From contig JAZKFH010000018.1 in NCBI GenBank assembly GCA_040386535.1, positions 1-64,000 on the forward strand: a DNA stretch of 64,000 bases. The letters are read 5' to 3'. Positions 58,856 to 64,000 of the stretch are shown piece after piece. The notes beneath the pieces were generated by a model. The model made no database searches. It was given only the letters and a program-made list of their open reading frames with translations, and was not told where the DNA came from. Both the position numbers and the translations under genes were made by a program. The stretch is from Myxococcota bacterium (lineage in GTDB: Bacteria; Myxococcota_A; UBA796; SXON01). How positions within the stretch are numbered: position 1 is the stretch's first letter; every line of letters starts with the position of its first letter.

Positions 58856-60934
58856 TCAGTACCCGCGAAGCCGTGCCACGATCTCCTGGGAGACGTTGGC
58901 AGGGACATCCGCGTATCGTTCAAACTGCATGGTGAAGGAGGCCCGCCCCTGTGTGGCAGACCGTAGATCTGTCGCGTACCCGAACATGGACGCCAGCGGG
59001 ACATCAGCCCCGATGACCTGCGCCCCTGGGCGCGCTTCCATCCGGTTCACGGCGCCACGGCGACCCGATAGGTCTCCGATGACCGCGCCCGTATACTCTT
59101 CCGGGACAGAAATTTCAACTTTCATGATCGGTTCCAGGAGAATTGGCGCGGCGGCCCGCACCGCGTCCTGAACCGCCATCGATCCCGCGACGCGGAATGC
59201 GATGTCGCTGGAGTCGACCTCGTGGAACGAGCCGTCGAACAGCGAGCACTTCACGTCCACCAACGGGAAGCCTGCAAGGACTCCCCTATCCATGGACTCG
59301 CGGCACCCGTCGAGGGCCGGCTTGATGAACTCCTTGGGGATCGAACCGCCGACGGTCACGTCGACGAAGCTGTTCCCCGCCCCAGACGGTGCAGGCTCGA
59401 CCCGCACCTTCACGTGGCCGTACTGGCCCCGGCCACCGGTCTGGCGCTTGAAGATCCCTTCCGCCTCCGCAACGGCCGACACGGTCTCCCGGTAGGCGAC
59501 CTGCGGACGCCCGACCTGGCACTGCACCTTGAACTCGCGGTCCAGCCGGTCACAGATGATCTCGAGATGGAGCTCGCCCATCCCGGCGATGATCGTCTGT
59601 CCGCTGTCCTTGTCGAGCTTCACGCGGAAGGTGGGGTCCTCTTCCATCAGCTTGCCGAGGGCCGCCGTGAGCTTCTCCTCGTCCACCTTGGTCATCGGTT
59701 CGATGGCCATCCAGATGACCGGCTCGGGGAACGTCATGGCCTCCATGACGATCGGCTGCTTCTGGTCGCAGAGGGTGTCGCCAGTGGCGACCTGCCGCAG
59801 GCCGGCTGCCGCGACGATGTTTCCCGCGGTGGCGACAGTAATGTCGTCACGCTTGTTCGCGTGCATCTGCAGGAGGCGTCCAACGCGCTCCCGCTTGCCC
59901 GTGCGCGGATTCAGCGCCACGGATCCGGATTCGATCTTGCCCGAGTAGATGCGTAGATACGTCAGCGTACCGACGTAGGAGTCGGTCTGCACCTTGAAGG
60001 CGAGCGCACAGAACGGCTCGTCTTCGCTGGGCTTCCGCGTGAGGGTCTTGGTCTCGTCGTTCGGGTCCCGGCCCTGCACCGGCGGGAGATCCAGCGGGCT
60101 CGGCAGGTAGTCGACCACGGCATCCAGCAGCGGCTGGACGCCCTTGTTCTTGAAGGCCGAGCCACAGAACACGGGGACGCAGATGCCCGCGTTCACGCTG
60201 CGACGCGCAGCCAGCTTCAGGCGGTCCTCCGGAATGGGGCGGCCTTCGAGGTAGGCCTCGAGGACCTCCTCGTCCTCTGCAGCGACCGCGTCCAGGAGTC
60301 GCTCGCGCGCCTCCTCGGCTTCGAGCTGCAGGTCTTCCGGGATGGGCGCCTCGCGGTACGAGGCCCCCAGCGCAGCGTCGTCCCAGAGGAGGGCAACCAT
60401 GCGCACGATATCGATGACCCCGCGGAACTGGTCCGCCTCCCCTACGGGAAGCTGGAACGGCACGGGGTTGGCGCCGAGGCGCACGCGGATGGACTCCACA
60501 GCGGCGGCGAAGTCGGCGCCGACGCGATCCATCTTGTTGATGAACGCGATCCGGGGGACGTGGTATCGCTCCGCCTGCTTCCAGACGGTCTCGCTCTGGG
60601 ACTCCACGCCCTCCACCGCCGTGAACACGGCGATGGCTCCGTCGAGCACACGCAGCGACCGTTCGACCTCGATTGTGAAGTCGACGTGGCCCGGTGTGTC
60701 GATGATGTTGACGCGATGGTCCCGCCAGTGGCACGTAGTGGCCGCTGACGTGATGGTGATCCCGCGCTCGCGCTCCTGGATCATCCAGTCCATCACGGCC
60801 GAGCCGAAATGGACCTCACCCATCGCGTGCGACACCCCGGTGTAGAAGAGGATGCGCTCGGTGAGCGTAGTCTTCCCCGCATCAATGTGGGCCATGATGC
60901 CGATGTTGCGGAGGGTGGCGAGGTCGCTCTGCAT
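58856..60934 (-). CDS. fusA: Elongation factor G
   Basis: [38 protein letters not shown]. Confidence 0.97.
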   Translation of the reverse strand: MQSDLATLRNIGIMAHIDAGKTTLTERILFYTGVSHAMGEVHFGSAVMDWMIQERERGITITSAATTCHWRDHRVNIIDTPGHVDFTIEVERSLRVLDGAIAVFTAVEGVESQSETVWKQAERYHVPRIAFINKMDRVGADFAAAVESIRVRLGANPVPFQLPVGEADQFRGVIDIVRMVALLWDDAALGASYREAPIPEDLQLEAEEARERLLDAVAAEDEEVLEAYLEGRPIPEDRLKLAARRSVNAGICVPVFCGSAFKNKGVQPLLDAVVDYLPSPLDLPPVQGRDPNDETKTLTRKPSEDEPFCALAFKVQTDSYVGTLTYLRIYSGKIESGSVALNPRTGKRERVGRLLQMHANKRDDITVATAGNIVAAAGLRQVATGDTLCDQKQPIVMEAMTFPEPVIWMAIEPMTKVDEEKLTAALGKLMEEDPTFRVKLDKDSGQTIIAGMGELHLEIICDRLDREFKVQCQVGRPQVAYRETVSAVAEAEGIFKRQTGGRGQYGHVKVRVEPAPSGAGNSFVDVTVGGSIPKEFIKPALDGCRESMDRGVLAGFPLVDVKCSLFDGSFHEVDSSDIAFRVAGSMAVQDAVRAAAPILLEPIMKVEISVPEEYTGAVIGDLSGRRGAVNRMEARPGAQVIGADVPLASMFGYATDLRSATQGRASFTMQFERYADVPANVSQEIVARLRGY

Positions 60935-61163
60935 GGTGTTCGCGCGTTGGGTCTCCGGCTCCCAAAGGGAGCCGGAGACCTACCGTCAAACGTGCCGGTC
61001 AGGTGATTTCGCTCTGCTGATAGGGATCGTCGCCACCCGGGAAGCTGGTCATGGCTCCTGTTTGCGAGGGACGATCTACCGATCTACGGTGCGAAGGCTG
61101 TTCGGATACGATTGTTGGGCGGGCGCCCTCCTGGGAGCGAGAGTGGACGAGAGTGGGCCAGTA

Positions 61164-61634
61164 CTACCAGCGGTAGTGACTGAACGCCTTGTTCGCTTCG
61201 GCCATACGATGCACGTCGTCGCGCTTCTTCACGGCATTCCCGCGGTTGTGCGACGCTTCCATGATCTCGTTGGCGAGCTTGTCGCGCATGGTCTTGCCGG
61301 ACCGCTCACGCGAGTAGTCCACCATCCAGCGCATCGCGAGCGACATGCGACGCTCGGGGCGCACTTCGACAGGCACCTGGTAGTTGGCGCCGCCGACGCG
61401 GCGGGACTTGACTTCGACCATGGGCTGGCAGGCCTCGAGCGCGCGGCGGAACACCTTGAGGGGCTCCTCACGGGTACGCTCGGCGACGATCTCGAGGGCG
61501 CCGTAGACGATGTCTTCGGCGACGGCCTTCTTGCCGTCCTCCATGACGATCGCCATGAAACGGGTGATCAACTCGTCCCCGAACACGGGATCGGGAAGGA
61601 CGGGGCGCTTGGCTACTACACGACGACGGGGCAT
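61164..61634 (-). CDS. rpsG: 30S ribosomal protein S7
   Basis: [19 protein letters not shown]. Confidence 0.98.
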   Translation of the reverse strand: MPRRRVVAKRPVLPDPVFGDELITRFMAIVMEDGKKAVAEDIVYGALEIVAERTREEPLKVFRRALEACQPMVEVKSRRVGGANYQVPVEVRPERRMSLAMRWMVDYSRERSGKTMRDKLANEIMEASHNRGNAVKKRDDVHRMAEANKAFSHYRW

Positions 61635-61643
61635 CGGCTACCT

Positions 61644-62018
61644 CTACTTCTTCGGGCGCTTGGCGCCGTACTTGGACCGGCCCTGGCGCCGGCTGTTGAC
61701 GCCCTGGGTGTCCAGGGTGCCGCGGATGATGTGGTAACGGACGCCAGGAAGGTCCTTCACGCGGCCGCCGCGAATGAGCACGGAGGAGTGCTCCTGGAGG
61801 TTGTGGCCTTCACCGGGGATGTAGGAGGTGACCTCCATCCCGTTGGTGAGACGCACACGCGCGACCTTGCGGAGCGCGGAGTTCGGCTTCTTCGGCGTGG
61901 TGGTGTACACGCGAGTGCACACGCCGCGCTTCTGAGGGCAGGCCTTCAAGGCCGGCGAAGCCGTCTTCGCGGCAAGGTTCTCGCGACCCTTGCGGATGAG
62001 CTGATTGATTGTCGGCAT
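61644..62018 (-). CDS. rpsL: 30S ribosomal protein S12
   Basis: [24 protein letters not shown]. Confidence 0.99.
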   Translation of the reverse strand: MPTINQLIRKGRENLAAKTASPALKACPQKRGVCTRVYTTTPKKPNSALRKVARVRLTNGMEVTSYIPGEGHNLQEHSSVLIRGGRVKDLPGVRYHIIRGTLDTQGVNSRRQGRSKYGAKRPKK

Positions 62019-62061
62019 CCTGTTCCCGTGAAAGCAGGGGCGGGGACCCCAAAGCCCCCGC

Positions 62062-62090
62062 CTCTTATGAGTTGGACAGTCGGTTGTCAA
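62062..62090 (-). promoter_or_regulatory. Sigma-70-type promoter of the str operon
   Basis: TTGACA-N17-TAAGAG upstream of rpsL. Confidence 0.7.
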
Positions 62091-62100
62091 CCGTCTGCGA

Positions 62101-64000
<1,900 letters not shown>

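Noticed and set aside
61644..62018. Streptomycin-resistance substitutions in S12
   Set aside because: PKKPNS and RVKDLPG are wild-type.

Overview
High-GC bacterial chromosomal segment. Repeated DxDGDG..DCDD surface-protein motifs, sigma-54-type promoters and gene content suggest a Myxococcota/deltaproteobacterial lineage (inference). The first ~37 kb holds mixed accessory and housekeeping genes: WD40 and VWA proteins, hydrolases, ProX, thyX, a heterodimeric ABC exporter, two phosphoesterases, SLT-pgsA, an amidohydrolase pair, pyrD, large secreted repeat proteins, tRNA-Gly and a glycosyltransferase operon. Several palindromic tandem-repeat arrays lie between these genes. From 38.8 to 42.5 kb is gap-pgk-tpiA-secG-tRNA-Leu, followed by fur. 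From 43.5 to 64 kb on the minus strand is the rpoC(3' part)-str-S10-spc-alpha supercluster. The main hidden signal is a peroxiredoxin-like selenoprotein that the ORF track splits at an in-frame UGA (UxxC motif, SECIS-like hairpin, probable CTG start). Other notable points are a non-coding locus with DnaA-box and IHF-like sites, the absence of rplC and rpsD from their canonical operon positions, an altered KH loop in S3, and a dispersed structured repeat family with compensatory changes. I found no transposase, integrase, cas gene or true CRISPR array.
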